This document shows, one piece after another, positions 1-12,668 of a stretch of 64,000 nucleotides of DNA; the stretch's first letter is position 1, and every line of letters starts with the position of its first letter. The notes beneath the pieces were generated by a model that did not search any database, was not told the DNA's origin, and saw only the letters and a program-made list of their open reading frames with translations. Source of the stretch: Chrysomallon squamiferum (Eukaryota; Animalia; Mollusca); NCBI GenBank assembly GCA_012295275.1, contig CM022673.1, forward strand, positions 17,856,001-17,920,000, read 5' to 3'. The position numbers were made by a program, and so were the translations under genes.

Positions 1-1166
1 TTTAAATTCTTTATTTCTACAAAGATACTTATAGAAATTTAAAAAAAAGTAATTAAAATAAAAACATTAAACAGGACTTTTTAAAAAAGATAAATTTACT
101 TTTTTCATATCATGTTTAATACTGCTGCTGTAAATAAGCTTCTGTTTTTGTTATCTTTTGAAATGTTCAGTCTAATGACATTTACATTTTCTTTCAGTTT
201 TAACCTATTATATACAAATAATAATAATAATAAATAATAATAATAATAACAATAACAATAATAACAATAATAATAAATAAAATGTGTGTGTATATGTATT
301 TAAATTAAAAATTTTTAATTTTAAAATGGGCTTTTAACTAACACCAAAATTTATATCATTAATTTTGCTATTTATGTAAAAAAAAAAAATAATAATAATA
401 ATAATAATAATAAAAATTAAGGTAAAAGAAAAAAAATTACTATTAGTGTAACAAGAATCCTGTCTACTGTTATTTTTACTGTTTTTAGAAATTTTTGGAA
501 ACCAAACCAAATAAAAAATATATATGGAAGTTCTCTAAGTACATTCACTATTGTTAATACTCAGTAACAAAAAAAAAGAAAAAAGAAAAAAACTGTAATA
601 AAATTTATAAGTATTTAATTGTTTTGTTCCTCCCACTTAACAGGACTGATATTCCATACAACACACAGGCTGCCTGTTGGAGAATGTTACAATCAATGTG
701 TAAGATTATGCAACATGTGTCAATTGTGAATAACCAGTATCCCATTTAGCACAATAAAAGCCACTATCTGAATGATTCCAATAATTTGACATGGGATCGA
801 TTGCTGGCTGGCATCCTTTCAGTCAATGTATTGAACAAACCAGGTCAAAACACCCAGCACGTGGCTGGCAAACAGAGTTTTCACCGTTTACTGTCATTTC
901 ACAGAATAAATCAAGTCATTTCTTGTTACGTGTGATATGATGATGATATCATTGTAAAATAAAAAAATAAAAAATGATTCAAGTAATAAAAAAAGAAACA
1001 ATAAATGAAGAGATTCAGTTTTCTTTGTTCTAACCAAACCATCACTATTGAGTAAATTTTAAGTTTACATACAGTGAACATACAAACAGTGATAATGAAT
1101 TTGAGAGAAGTAAATGTTAAAGCATGGAAGTTTTAAAATAAATAAATATTTATGTAAAGTATTTAC

Positions 1167-2229
1167 CTGCTAATCGCAAAGCTGACATTCTCTGAAACTC
1201 TGGTTCCTGTAACCATTTCCACATACGACGGAATGTCTCGCGGCCTGACTTGAGTTTGCTCCAAGGTTTGGGATTGCGGAGCAAGTCACTTAAAGTCCCC
1301 TGGCTGCGACACAGCACCCGCTGAGCGAAAACTGCCTGTGGGATGCTGTATCTTTTAAGTTCGCTGCTTATTCTTTGTGCCAGTTCCTTTGTGTTTATTT
1401 CTTCCACTTCTTGCTGCTTGTTTGGGGATTCACTGCCAGGTGCTCTGTGGTCCATTCGCTGCGGACTTTCGACACTCTGCGGGGATGGGGTGGGGGCAGC
1501 CGACGGATGCAGTCCGTTCATCGGCGAGTGCATCATGGGATTCGGGGAATGTAATCTTGTGACGGAAGGATCTATCCTGACTGGAGCTGCCGAGTATGAT
1601 TCGAAAGCGTTGGGTGACATGTGCATCTTCGGCTCTTGTTTGGGCGAGCCAAGGCCGTTCTGTCCATACCCGTATCCTAAACCCTGTTGGTAGTTATTTG
1701 TACTCATCATTGTCATTGGGGTAGCTCCTAGGGTGGGTCCCACGCTCATGCTCAACTTGTCATATCTATTGTAGGCACTCATATCCATCACGTTCCCTAG
1801 TCCATTATTTTGAGGCATCAATGTAAAACCACCACCGACGTTGCTGGCGACGGGGACGTGGCAGAACTTGTCCGACACCGTAGATATGGGAGGCAGCGGC
1901 TGCAATGGCGTCAGTGTGGCATAGTTAGTTGGACTGTAGTTAGGCGACATGCGGCCGTTTAGTGTGTGGTACGTTACGTCTCCCATTTGGGATCGGAATT
2001 CACTACTGTCTATCATACTGCTCACACTAACCGGTATAGCCTCGGCACGGGTGATGGAGGCTGGCGATACCGACAACTCCGGACTGTTGACGTACTCGTT
2101 GGCTTCGCTCTCGGTAAAATCTCCTTGGTTCTCAGTGTTAGCCGCGGGAGGCGCACTTGTACTGACAGTTGGCGACTCGCTGATTTGTTGATCCGAACAC
2201 GGGAGCTCCCCCATGTTTTCCATCGTCAT
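1167..2229 (-). CDS. onecut: ONECUT/HNF6 homeobox transcription factor, first coding exon (N-terminus, TP box, CUT domain); gene continues left of the window
   Basis: Translation contains the ONECUT TP box (YATLTPLQPLPPISTVSDKF) and a full CUT domain (EEINTKELAQRISSELKRYSIPQAVFAQRVLCRSQGTLSDLLRNPKPWSKLKSGRETFRRMWKWLQEPEFQRMSALRLA). First in-frame ATG at 2229 gives MTMENMGEL, resembling the TME-x-x-G-x-L start of vertebrate ONECUT1/2. Phase-1 donor GCAG|GTAAAT at 1167/1166 lies right after RLA, the usual ONECUT intron position. ATGs at 2223 and 2214 are alternative starts. Confidence 0.97.
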
Positions 2230-2332
2230 TCCTACGATCAACAACCGATCGAACAATAAAGAATGATAAACTGTCACTTATTGTAACCTTTGGTAGCGAT
2301 CTCCTGGTTGGCTGGCCTGTTTTGGGGGCTAT

Positions 2333-2386
2333 TTACGTACGCAGGGGAACGCACAATAATCTCCTAGTTTCTGGTCGATCCGCCAT
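2333..2386 (-). other. Putative upstream ORF (MADRPETRRLLCVPLRT*, 17 aa) in the onecut 5' leader, overlapping a YY1-like motif
   Basis: Minus strand reads aaacATGGCGGAT...ACGTAA, with a strong Kozak context (A at -3, G at +4). It is out of frame with, and ends ~100 nt before, the main ATG. Depends on the TSS lying upstream of 2386. Confidence 0.45.
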
Positions 2387-2389
2387 GTT

Positions 2390-2780
2390 TGGACAGCTGT
2401 AACCCGACGACCTGCGCACTAGAGTTCTGCGCATCGTAAAGCCACAGAGCGCGTGCGCATTTAATTTACAATTTCGGGGTTTGCATACGCTTATCTTACA
2501 ACTTCAGTCATTGTAAGCCCGTTGTCATTCACTAATTAGTATGTTGTGAGCGAGTGATAGTGAGACCGACACGCGCCGTTTGTCATTTTTTCCGACTGGA
2601 TAGTTATATCTTGGATTAAATTCACTTTCTTGTGGTAAATAGATTATTTTGCCATTTTAAAGACGATTATGGAAAGATGTATTTATTCACTGTAAACTTT
2701 TCCAAAACATTAACTTTATACAGACAACTTTTCTCAATACGAAAATAGACACGCGTCGCTTTCCACCGTCAGTACCCGTC
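2390..2780 (-). promoter_or_regulatory. onecut proximal promoter region (CpG-rich)
   Basis: GC/CpG-rich block immediately 5' of the onecut CDS. NRF1-like TGCGCACGCGC (2449-2459, minus). CACGCG class-C bHLH sites at 2450-2455 (minus), 2570-2575 and 2750-2755. TSS not determinable. Confidence 0.6.
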
Positions 2781-3480
2781 TAATTATTTACCGTTAATAT
2801 GTAATTATGATTAATACAAATTTATTAAAGTAGTATTATTTATTATTACATAAAATATTCGTACATAGTTTTACAGTGTCGTCTTAAATTCTCTATGATC
2901 AAATGAAACAAAGTTTTACTTTGTTTTAAATTACAAAACTTATTACATTTTTCGGAAACGTATAATAAATTGTAGCAGGGCATGTACAATTCAAGTAATG
3001 TTAAGTATAAATACAAGGTTTTACAAATGAAAAAAACTACTTAGACGCTGTAAAGAACAAACCGTAATGTGTATATGATTGTAAAATAAGACTGAAACTT
3101 TGCGTCACTAAACATTTTCAAGCTATTCAACGTAGATAATTATTTTTTTTTTTTTTTTTCATTATTTTCTATATCTTTCATTGCTTTATTTATTTTAGCG
3201 TTCTAAGTCCGCTTGATAACGTTACAAAAGTGTACGGTTGAGAGTTTAAACTTTGTTTCTTGTAACAAGATGCGATGCAATTAAAATACATGGAATAGTA
3301 ATCTCAAATGTCAGTGAAAAAAATACCTGAACAATATAAATAAATAGCTATAGGCATATTTCTAATTGTTGTGAGCAGTATTTTTATTAATTATAGGTAT
3401 CTTATTATATTATCCAAGAACTTTCTTCAAAGGCAATGAATACACCGTTCAAAAACTATTTTATTACTTTTTTTTTAAAG

Positions 3481-3537
<57 letters not shown>

Positions 3538-6083
3538 TAACAGTATTTTTTTTTTTTAAAGTGCTGTTTACTATCACAATAAATAACGGTATGTATTTAG
3601 TATTATTATCATCTTCTAATCATCATCATTATCGTTTTATTTTATTTTATTTTCTTATCTAAACGTCATTTAGAGCAAATAATAAGCAATCTCTAATAAT
3701 AATAATCATAATAATAACATTAACAACAACAACAACAATAATAATAATAATAAATAATAGCTCACTGATTGGTCACACTTGTTAAAAAAAGAAAACAATA
3801 CAAAACAGAAATAAACATGTAAATATGACATTCTTTAAAGAAACACACATTTGAACACATTTCATCTCCGAAACGCTTAGTAAATACTAAATTATAAATT
3901 TAGTTAAGAAAAAGATTCCAAAGAATTCCTTAAAAATCGTTTATTAATAAATTCTACCTGAGATGCTGTTACGGAATTTCTTTTCTTTTCTTTTGTTTTC
4001 TTTCTTTTTTCTTTATTTATTATTTTGTTTTCTGTTTCTTTTATTTTGTTGATACTGTTAACGTTTGTTAAGTAACATATATTTTTATAACTTTTCATTG
4101 CTTAAACAACAACAATTAGTATTTCTTATAGTGCATATATTTCGATTGATTAATTATATCATTATTAGATATTTCATAAAAATACTTATGTATCTACCTA
4201 TATTTTAAATTTATCATCATCACCGTTATTATTATATAAATAAAATCCGTTGAGTATAATATAGTCATAGTATACGCTTTTGCATTGAAATTAGAATCTA
4301 TGCAATTGTTTTTCTTGTAAACACTGCGGAAAAAAAGATTATATAAAGTTTAACTTGTACATTGTTGCGTAGGGAAATATTAATATAATTTTTTTTATTC
4401 ATTAATTGTTAAATAATTGTTGTGTGCATATATCTATCGTTCCATCTATTTCTCTCTTCGTCCATCCATTCATCTGTCTATCTATAAGTGTGTGTGTGTG
4501 TGTCACCGTGAATGGGTATGTGTAAAAATAATTAATGTGTAGTTGCGTGTATATGTGTTTTTGTACCAGTGTGTGTGTGCTTTTCTGTATGTGTATGTGC
4601 ACTTTTATGTCCAATAATTTTTATTTTATTTTATTAGCGACATCATCAATTACCAGTGACGAATAATCGTTATTTAAAACGTGATTAATTTTGTTATGGT
4701 TATTTCAAAAAGTTAAACAATAAGAATAGCAACACAGCGATGAAAACCAGAACAAAACGAATAGAAACACACTCACGCACACAGGCACACACGCGAACAA
4801 AAAGCTCACCAATATTATGAAATAACAATACTCTTTAAATAATAATAATAAAGGAAAACAACAACTAGTAAGCTGTGTAGACTGGTTTCACCTGTATTTA
4901 ATTTATCTGAGATAACTAATGATGAATCCACGTTCTGTAACTGGTGTTTTACAGAGCGCAGAGTGTAGGCTTCAGCGATACTATGAAATTTGCGATCGAT
5001 ATTTGGTTGTAAACAAGGGAAGTAACTATTACTTCAAATACTAACTGGAAAACACTCGCGATGATTTTAAAATAAACAGTGAAATAATAATAAAATAAAA
5101 CTTTTGAAGAATTAAAAGTAATGCAGTAGATGTGACCTCAAGGAAAAATAAAAATACAAATGATCTTTATATCTAAACTGAAAGGATAAATTTTAACTCT
5201 CAACCTCCTTCTCTCCCTCGTCTCACAAACACATTCACACAGACACACTTCAACCATACAAATAAAAACATCTACACACTAAAAAATATTTTTTTATAAA
5301 AATATCAATAATAAATAAATAATTTAAAATATTCCTTGTTTTCTGATTACACTTATAAACATCCATCTTGACAGTGAAACAGAAAATTATGTAACTGACG
5401 GACGTCGAAAACCAACGCCAGGACGTTTGATGGAAAATAAAAATCATTATTATTTTCAAGCATAAGAAGAAGAAGAAGAAGAAGAGAAAGACAAATGAAC
5501 AGCCATATCTTTTCCAGTCACTTGGTGCATATATAACACTTAACGCACAACTTGTTTGGTATGAAATAAATACTCATATTTACTGATGATCATAATTATA
5601 TCTAATATACTAATATGTATTAACTGCGAAATCGTTCTTGTATATCGCCAAGCATTCATCTATAAACATTTAATTAATTGTTTCCTAAAGATATGGCTTT
5701 GGTGATGAACACAAAGAAATATTCGTTTGATCGCGTACGATTTAAAGGTGAATTATTAATTTAAATGGCGTCATTTAAAACAAGATATTATTCAACGCAC
5801 TGTGATTTTCAGGCCGTAGAATAGATATATTATCATGAATTTCTTTAAATTTCGAGTTTTCCGTTGCCCCGACATGAATTAAGTTAAACGATACAATCAC
5901 GCTTAATTAAAGTAATTGATTTGGCATCAGTGCCAACAAAATCCCGACAAAGACGGCAAAGAAGCCAGAAACACGCACGTTATAGTATTATTCTGGCGAT
6001 AATATTACATATAGTCGATAAGTTAAGTTTAAGACTTTAAAAAATTTAAAAATAATAAAATAAAATAAATGAACTTATTAAAC

Positions 6084-6085
<2 letters not shown>

Positions 6086-6149
<64 letters not shown>
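6086..6149. repeat. (GA)n microsatellite between the two divergent promoters
   Basis: About 32 perfect GA units. Confidence 0.98.
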
Positions 6150-6151
<2 letters not shown>

Positions 6152-6419
6152 TTATGTGCAATTAAAATTATGTATTGTATGTGTGAAATAAATATTTTTG
6201 AACAAGACAAATACATTGTATCTTTAAATCCGTTGCAGGTTTGTTTTAATCATTAAGTAATCGAAACAGTAACATAATTCACAGTACACATATCTTTTTA
6301 AAATAATCTTTATCTCAACGTATTAATAAATATATAAGGCTTCATCTGTTTTTCTTAATTAATTTTATCGTTTATTATCATTATTTACAACTTTGCAGCT
6401 GTATCATAACACATTCCAT

Positions 6420-6832
6420 ATAACAACACGACCTCGGCGTTGTAGTGAATAGTTCTCTGGAGTATCTTGCGTAAGAAACATTTCCAAATCGTCTCCGGGC
6501 TGGCTGTCACTGTTACGTATCGATCAAAAACAAAAGACCATGGGAAAGTGGGCGGCACTTTAGCTGATGAATAATTATGAACTCGTTAGCTGTCTCGGTG
6601 ATCCAACCAATGAAAACGTTTCTTACAAATTATTAATTTCTCGGGCACTGGTCGTAAAATTTACCTGTAGTATGTCATTAACAATCTGAAAAAGAAAGCA
6701 CAATATATGATATAATAAAATCAAACAAGATAAAAAAATATTTACAAAAGTTGTTATAATTTACATATTAATAGAAGGTGGACTTAATGTTTACTATTGT
6801 CAAAGTTGCAAGCGACCTTCTCAGGAAAAAAC
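6420..6832 (+). promoter_or_regulatory. WDR4 promoter / 5' leader (housekeeping-type)
   Basis: CpG-retaining block with GC box GGGCGG (6550-6555), CCAAT (6607-6611), DRE-like TATCGATC (6518-6525) and a YY1-like AACATGGCGGC overlapping the start codon. Confidence 0.55.
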
Positions 6833-6906
6833 ATGGCGGCTATTAGAAGGAAGTCTGATAATATAGTGTTTACAAGCGGCAATAAACTGGCTGTTCTTGA
6901 TTTTCG
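6833..6906 (+). CDS. wdr4: WDR4/TRM82 (tRNA m7G46 methyltransferase non-catalytic subunit) exon 1
   Basis: aaacATGG Kozak; MAAIRRKSDNIVFTSGNKLAVLDF(R); donor CG|GTAACA, phase 2, frame-compatible with exon 2. Weakly conserved segment, so the call rests on splice and frame logic. Confidence 0.8.
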
Positions 6907-7666
6907 GTAACAGAGCATTAATCTTATTTCATTAAGTGGACCCGTACCTTGAATTTTCTTTCCTTATCTTAATATAGCTTAACAACATTTGTTAGTAGAG
7001 TGGTAGACGTCATTTCTAACCGGTGTACGTTCGTGAAAAACACGTGTTATTTTCATTTTGTATCAGTGTTATACGAGTATTGATCATTGTCATTGTTTAT
7101 GCTTTTTATCAATGAAATGCACAGCAGAGTCAGTGGCATCCCTCTACAGATTTTGACTTATTGATCAATATGTATTGGAATTTGGTTGCACGTCAAAATA
7201 CGATGAAGTGTGAACTGTCAACAACGTGAAGTGAGAACAATAATAAATAATAAACTATTTAAAAAATATTAAGTTATGTAAATAAATAAATGTATTTAAT
7301 ATATATGTATCCAACTATCAGTTTAATATAAATTAAAATAAGATATTTTTGTTATAAATTTAGCTTTAATTTCTTAGTTAATTACTAGTTTCCCATCATT
7401 ATTTGTATTTGTAATATGTTTTTCACAATTTTTTTTTATTTTAGTTTTGTTTATTTATTTACTTATTTTTGCTTGCTGCCACTGAAGTTTCTCATTCCAG
7501 CAAGGTACCAGATTACAGATAGTTTGTGATTCCAAAATATCTGTTGCTGCCAATATTTAAAAGTTAAATGGTGACACTGAGTTTGTTCTCATATTTCAAC
7601 ATGAAAACAAAACGTATAATTACAATATTCAGTCATTTAATTTTAATATCATTTGTTTAGTTAAAT

Positions 7667-7709
<43 letters not shown>

Positions 7710-9195
7710 TTATTATTATTATTATTTGGAATCTAATTTTTACAGCTTTTTTTAAATACTGTATAATATACATATTTGTATTTTGATATTTCAAAACAAA
7801 TGTATTATCTTTTTTTACCCCCACACAGAAAGTGAGTTAAACAGTTAAATGAAATTGTCCACTAGTAATTATCTTTATCAAGTTACAACAGCAGAGATCA
7901 ACTATTAGCTTAGATGTTAGGTTAAAGGATTTTAAAATATCTTGGATGTTAAGCTGTGTGTGATGAAAACATTTTTAAACTATCATTTTACACATTCATG
8001 TTGTAGCTACTGTACAGACAGAAAAATTGTCTTAAATTATTTTATGTTGAAGTAACAGTTACAGACAGCTTATAGTTAATCATTTGTGTGAGCACCTTTT
8101 ATACATAGGAAAAAATGTTAAATGTATTAGTAAAGTAATCTGATTCACATATAATGGTTATTATAAAACAAAAACCAGTCATTCCATGTGGTACTTTTTC
8201 TGATTACTAGCAAATGATCTTTTATAAGCACCTACACATAACAGGAATCCATAACTCGCAGTCAGATCAGTTGTAGGGCATGTGTTAGATTGGGAAATAG
8301 AGATCTGAGGAATTTTGATCCAGTATTTTGCAGTGATTTGTAGGCAGGGAGGAAAGTATAATGTAACTGAGATATATTTCTCAAGAGGTTGCTGCAGCTG
8401 GTACCTTACTAGACTAATGGTTATAAATAAAATTAAAAAACACAATGATTACACTGTTTCTTTAACAGTATTTATACACACAAAACACCAAATACAAATA
8501 CACAGGATCATACATGAATAATCACACAACAACACACAAACACACACACACACATATATGCATACAGATAACCACACACAAACACAAACATAACCATCCA
8601 TACTAATTTCAGTCTTGAATTTATTTTTTTGTTTGGAATTATTACATTTTATTTAATATAATATTATTATACAAGTTATATAAACATTACAATCACTCGA
8701 AACAAACTTTAATTTTTTTTTTTTTCTAAACAAAAATCTTCATATTGTCGTAGCATATTTTCCTGCACCTCAAAATGAGAAATCTGTTTTCGTTTGTAAA
8801 TGAAACAATCTCTGTATGACACAGACATTTAATAGAACAGCCATGTAATAAAAAGTACAACTGCTGTGTTTCAAAACAGACAGATACTGTTAGTCTCAGA
8901 TCCTTATTAATTGGTCTTAACATGAATCTATCTTACGCGGGTACAAGAGACGTGAAATTAATTCTTCATTGTTTGATCAGCCTGTGCAGCATCACCAGTT
9001 AATACTTGTCCTGACATTCAATATGGCAGTAATCTTGAACATGTTATTGTCAAAAGAAAAAGAAAACAATTATCCCAAAATGTCACTTGTTTTTATTGTG
9101 AAAAAAAATAGTTACTGGGTAATATTTAACATCAGAAACTTTTAAATTTTGTTCAAATACTATGACGTATTTCTTTCTTTCTCTCACTTGTTTAT

Positions 9196-9226
<31 letters not shown>

Positions 9227-9755
9227 AAAGTTTTTTTTGGTGGGAATGATTTGTAATGCATAAATAAAAAAACATATTTACAATAAATGTTTAAATAAAT
9301 ATTTTGCTTTCATGTATCACAAAGGGTGTTTGGGCAAGTGTTTTTTCTTTTTTAAATTTATTTATTTATTGTTGTTTATCAAATAAATTTTGTGAAATTG
9401 TTACTAATTCCTTTTGTTGTATATTAAAAAAAATGTTTTTACAGTGATTATTATCACAGTATGGAATTATTTCAGCTGTGAAGCTGTTCCTTCTCCACCT
9501 CCATACCACTGAATACTCGAAAACAACCCTCCTCGTAGCAAAGCAAAAAAAAAATGTAAATAATAATAATAATAATAAAAAAACAAGAAAAAAACAAGAA
9601 AAAGTACAAGGTTAACTTACATTCAGAAATACTTTCTTGATTTTATGTTTTCATCATCATTATAATTAGTGAATTATTATTATTATTTATTTTATAACAT
9701 TTTATTATTATTTCTTTAAAAAAATTTAATTTAACAGTACATGATAATTTTTCAG

Positions 9756-9845
9756 AACTCGGCACTTGCAGTTTCTTGAGATTCCTTCCACTAACGAAAG
9801 GATAACATCAGCTGACGACGAAGACAGGATAGACAAGGAAGAAAG
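9756..9845 (+). CDS. wdr4: WDR4 exon 2
   Basis: Acceptor tttttcag|A; 90 nt, phase 2-2; TRHLQFLEIPSTNERITSADDEDRIDKEE (acidic loop as expected before the first conserved WD blade); donor AG|GTAAAA. Confidence 0.75.
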
Positions 9846-11948
9846 GTAAAATGGAGATATATTCATAAAATTATAGAATGAATGAATATGTATTTGAATA
9901 ATTTAAAAATTATGGTAACATATAAACAGGTTTTCTTAATGATTACATACAGGTAAAATGGAAATAGGTTACGTTAACGATCATAATGCAGGTAATTGTA
10001 GGAGTAAGGATTGTATATGCAGGTGATCAATTTAGTTTTCATTGATCATCTTTCAACTCATAATCTGTTCAATAAACATACCTGTTTGGATTTTTACATG
10101 TTGATGTTGTATTAAATAGCTTTGTTGATTTTACATAAACATAAATAATTTGTATTAGTACATATATATTGTTATGTTACATAAAGACAAACATATTGTA
10201 ATGTTACATTAAGACATACATATTGTAATATTACATTAGAGCATACATATCATTGTTGTGTTGCATAAAGACATACATGTCATTGTTGTATTACATTACA
10301 TTAAAACATACATTATTAGATGTCAGTGGTGTGTAATATTAAGACATACATAATTTATGTGTTTGTTTCATATACTTCTGATGTATGACACTAATAAATT
10401 ATATTAAATCTTTGGTTAACTAATTTTAAAATATTTTTATTTCAACACGGGAATATAGTTTAACTAAATTTGATATATATTAGTAAGAATTCTTTACAAA
10501 CTTGAAGAATAATTAGATGATAAAAACACAAGTGTATTCAGTCAGTATAGTTACACCTAATATTGCTGTTACTCAAGTTGATTGTGACAGGGCTACACTG
10601 GAGTTGAAACTAATGTTTTAAACAATAATAATTATGATCCTTAACCCTTTGGGGTGTGACAATAAAATACACACATTTATTTCTTAATTAAAATGTTATA
10701 AAATACTTCAGCTTCTTGTCAGACAAAACTAAGAATAGAAACGGTCGACATTATCTTTCATGCAAAGAAAATATTAACATGCATTTCCTTTGAGTTTGAG
10801 ACTTATTATTAAACCAGCAGTACATGCATTCATGCACTGGGCAACAGCAGTGTTTCTTAAGCACACGATTATGACTACGTTGAATACAATGAGGATAGGT
10901 ATCCCGCACTATTTCCTTTTGAACGGCTTTGAAAACTAGAGCTGTAAACACAATTTGTGTTCAAGCTGTGACAGGATCAATAGACGTAGATGAAGTCTTA
11001 AACTCTGGGAATTACCCCCAGGTAAACATATGCAAATTTCTTCTTCGTGTGACTCGAGTTGGTGTGGTCGTATTCTCGACAACGCTTAGCTGACCCTTTG
11101 AGTTTTTCTTTTCTCTCTACAATGAAAACCTGTAGCTCACAATAAGGCATTCGCTTGATGCCAGCAACATGTGTGAGTTTATTTATTGTCTACAAGTAAA
11201 CAAATGGCAGCTCGGACATCTGTGGGTTGCCAATATTACTTTCATATATTATGCTATTTTCTTTACGTGCCATTAATTTTTCTTAGTCATTTTTCTCTCC
11301 TAATGTGAGTGGCTTTATGTGGGGCTGTGAATATAAAATGATTTGTGAAAGACAAGCTAAGAAAATTAAATAAATAAATACAAACCTGAAGTGCTTAAAT
11401 AACACCTTGTGTGAATATTAAATTTCTCTGTTGTTTAAGAAAACAACAATGTCAGTAATTATAATAATAGCTTCAGTAATAAAAAAATAATAATAAATCA
11501 AAAGAGAGATTATAATAACTGTAATAGCAGTGGTAATGTAAAAAATACACTATTGATAATACACATAGTAAGAGTAGTGGTAATTAAAGATGATGATGAT
11601 GATGATGGCAAAAATAATATATTCCCTTTTTATTTAATTTTGTTTTATTTTTATTTTAATTTTTTTTTATTTTAATATTTATTTATTTATTTGTTTGTTT
11701 TTATATTCCTGTTATTTAATTACATACTTTAAACTATCAAACTCTTTGAAAACAAATACATTGACATAATAACAGAATACATTTTAAATTATTTTGTGAA
11801 AGTCTTCATTATTTAAAAAATAAACCTGTCAGACCAGGGACTGATTTATCAAACTGTTTGGTATGTGTTGTCCTGAACAAGAATAAAAACTTACAAATAA
11901 GAAATAGTATAATAGATTTTATGTAATGTATAATTTTTTTTTAATATT

Positions 11949-12105
11949 AACTTTGACATTTGTAATATCAACAGTGATATGTTTGTTATATCATCTGTGA
12001 CATCTTTGTATAATATCAACTGTGACATCTTTGTGTAATGTAAACTGTGACATCTTTGTGTAATGTAAACTGTGACATGTTTTTATAATATCTGTGACAT
12101 GTTTG
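11949..12105. repeat. Degenerate 25-nt tandem repeat (aactgtgacatctttgtgtaatgta), ~6 copies
   Basis: Repeated tgtgacat core at 25-nt spacing, e.g. 12021, 12046, 12071. Confidence 0.85.
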
Positions 12106-12489
12106 TTTCAAGGATTATTATTTTATTTTTATTTATTTATTATCATTTGTTTTGTTGTAATATCAACTGTGACATTCTTTAGCGATATTCTTTTGGTAAT
12201 GTCACTGCTGACAAAGCTAAATAACATCAATTGCGACACACTTGTGTAAATATTAGTTAAACTCTAACTAAATGATTAGGTTAGAAAACATGCCTGAGAT
12301 GTTAAATGTTGTACCTATTGAACAGTTTTACACTTCATCTGCTGTAATATGTGTTGTTCATCAAAGAACATGGCATGTGCTGTCATGTCTACAAATATTA
12401 GATTCCTTGTTACTAAGAATAGCTCATGTACAGACTGTTTAAAACTGTGTTTTCAGTAATTAAATGTCACACTTTGTTAGTGTCTCTTA

Positions 12490-12668
12490 CAGTTATTCCT
12501 ACTGATTATAGGTGGGTTACTCCTACTATTTCAAGATGGATTAATCTTATTACTGAGAGGTTATTCCCACTAATTACAGATGGGTTACTCCTACTGATTA
12601 AAGATGGGTTATTTCTTCTTATTACTGAGAGTTTATTCCCAGATGGATTACTCTTATTGATTACCAGA
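12490..12668. repeat. Degenerate ~24-nt tandem repeat (gatgggttactcctactgattaca-like), ~7 copies
   Basis: Recurrent gggttact/ggttatt + cctactgatt units; explains the 8-aa periodicity of spurious ORF 12426..12677. Confidence 0.75.

Noticed and set aside
1343-2259. Plus-strand ORFs overlapping onecut exon 1
   Set aside because: Antisense shadows of a GC-richer coding exon; no recognisable protein features.
2230-2277. ORF-track N-terminal extension of onecut (MTVYHSLL...)
   Set aside because: Starts at a GTG under prokaryotic-style calling; the first ATG and the family-like N-terminus begin at 2229. The ORF's last residues (GKYFT) read into the intron.
9445-9560. Possible extra WDR4 exon in intron 1
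   Set aside because: All candidate acceptors (9444, 9459, 9475) hit a stop in the required phase, and there is no good donor.
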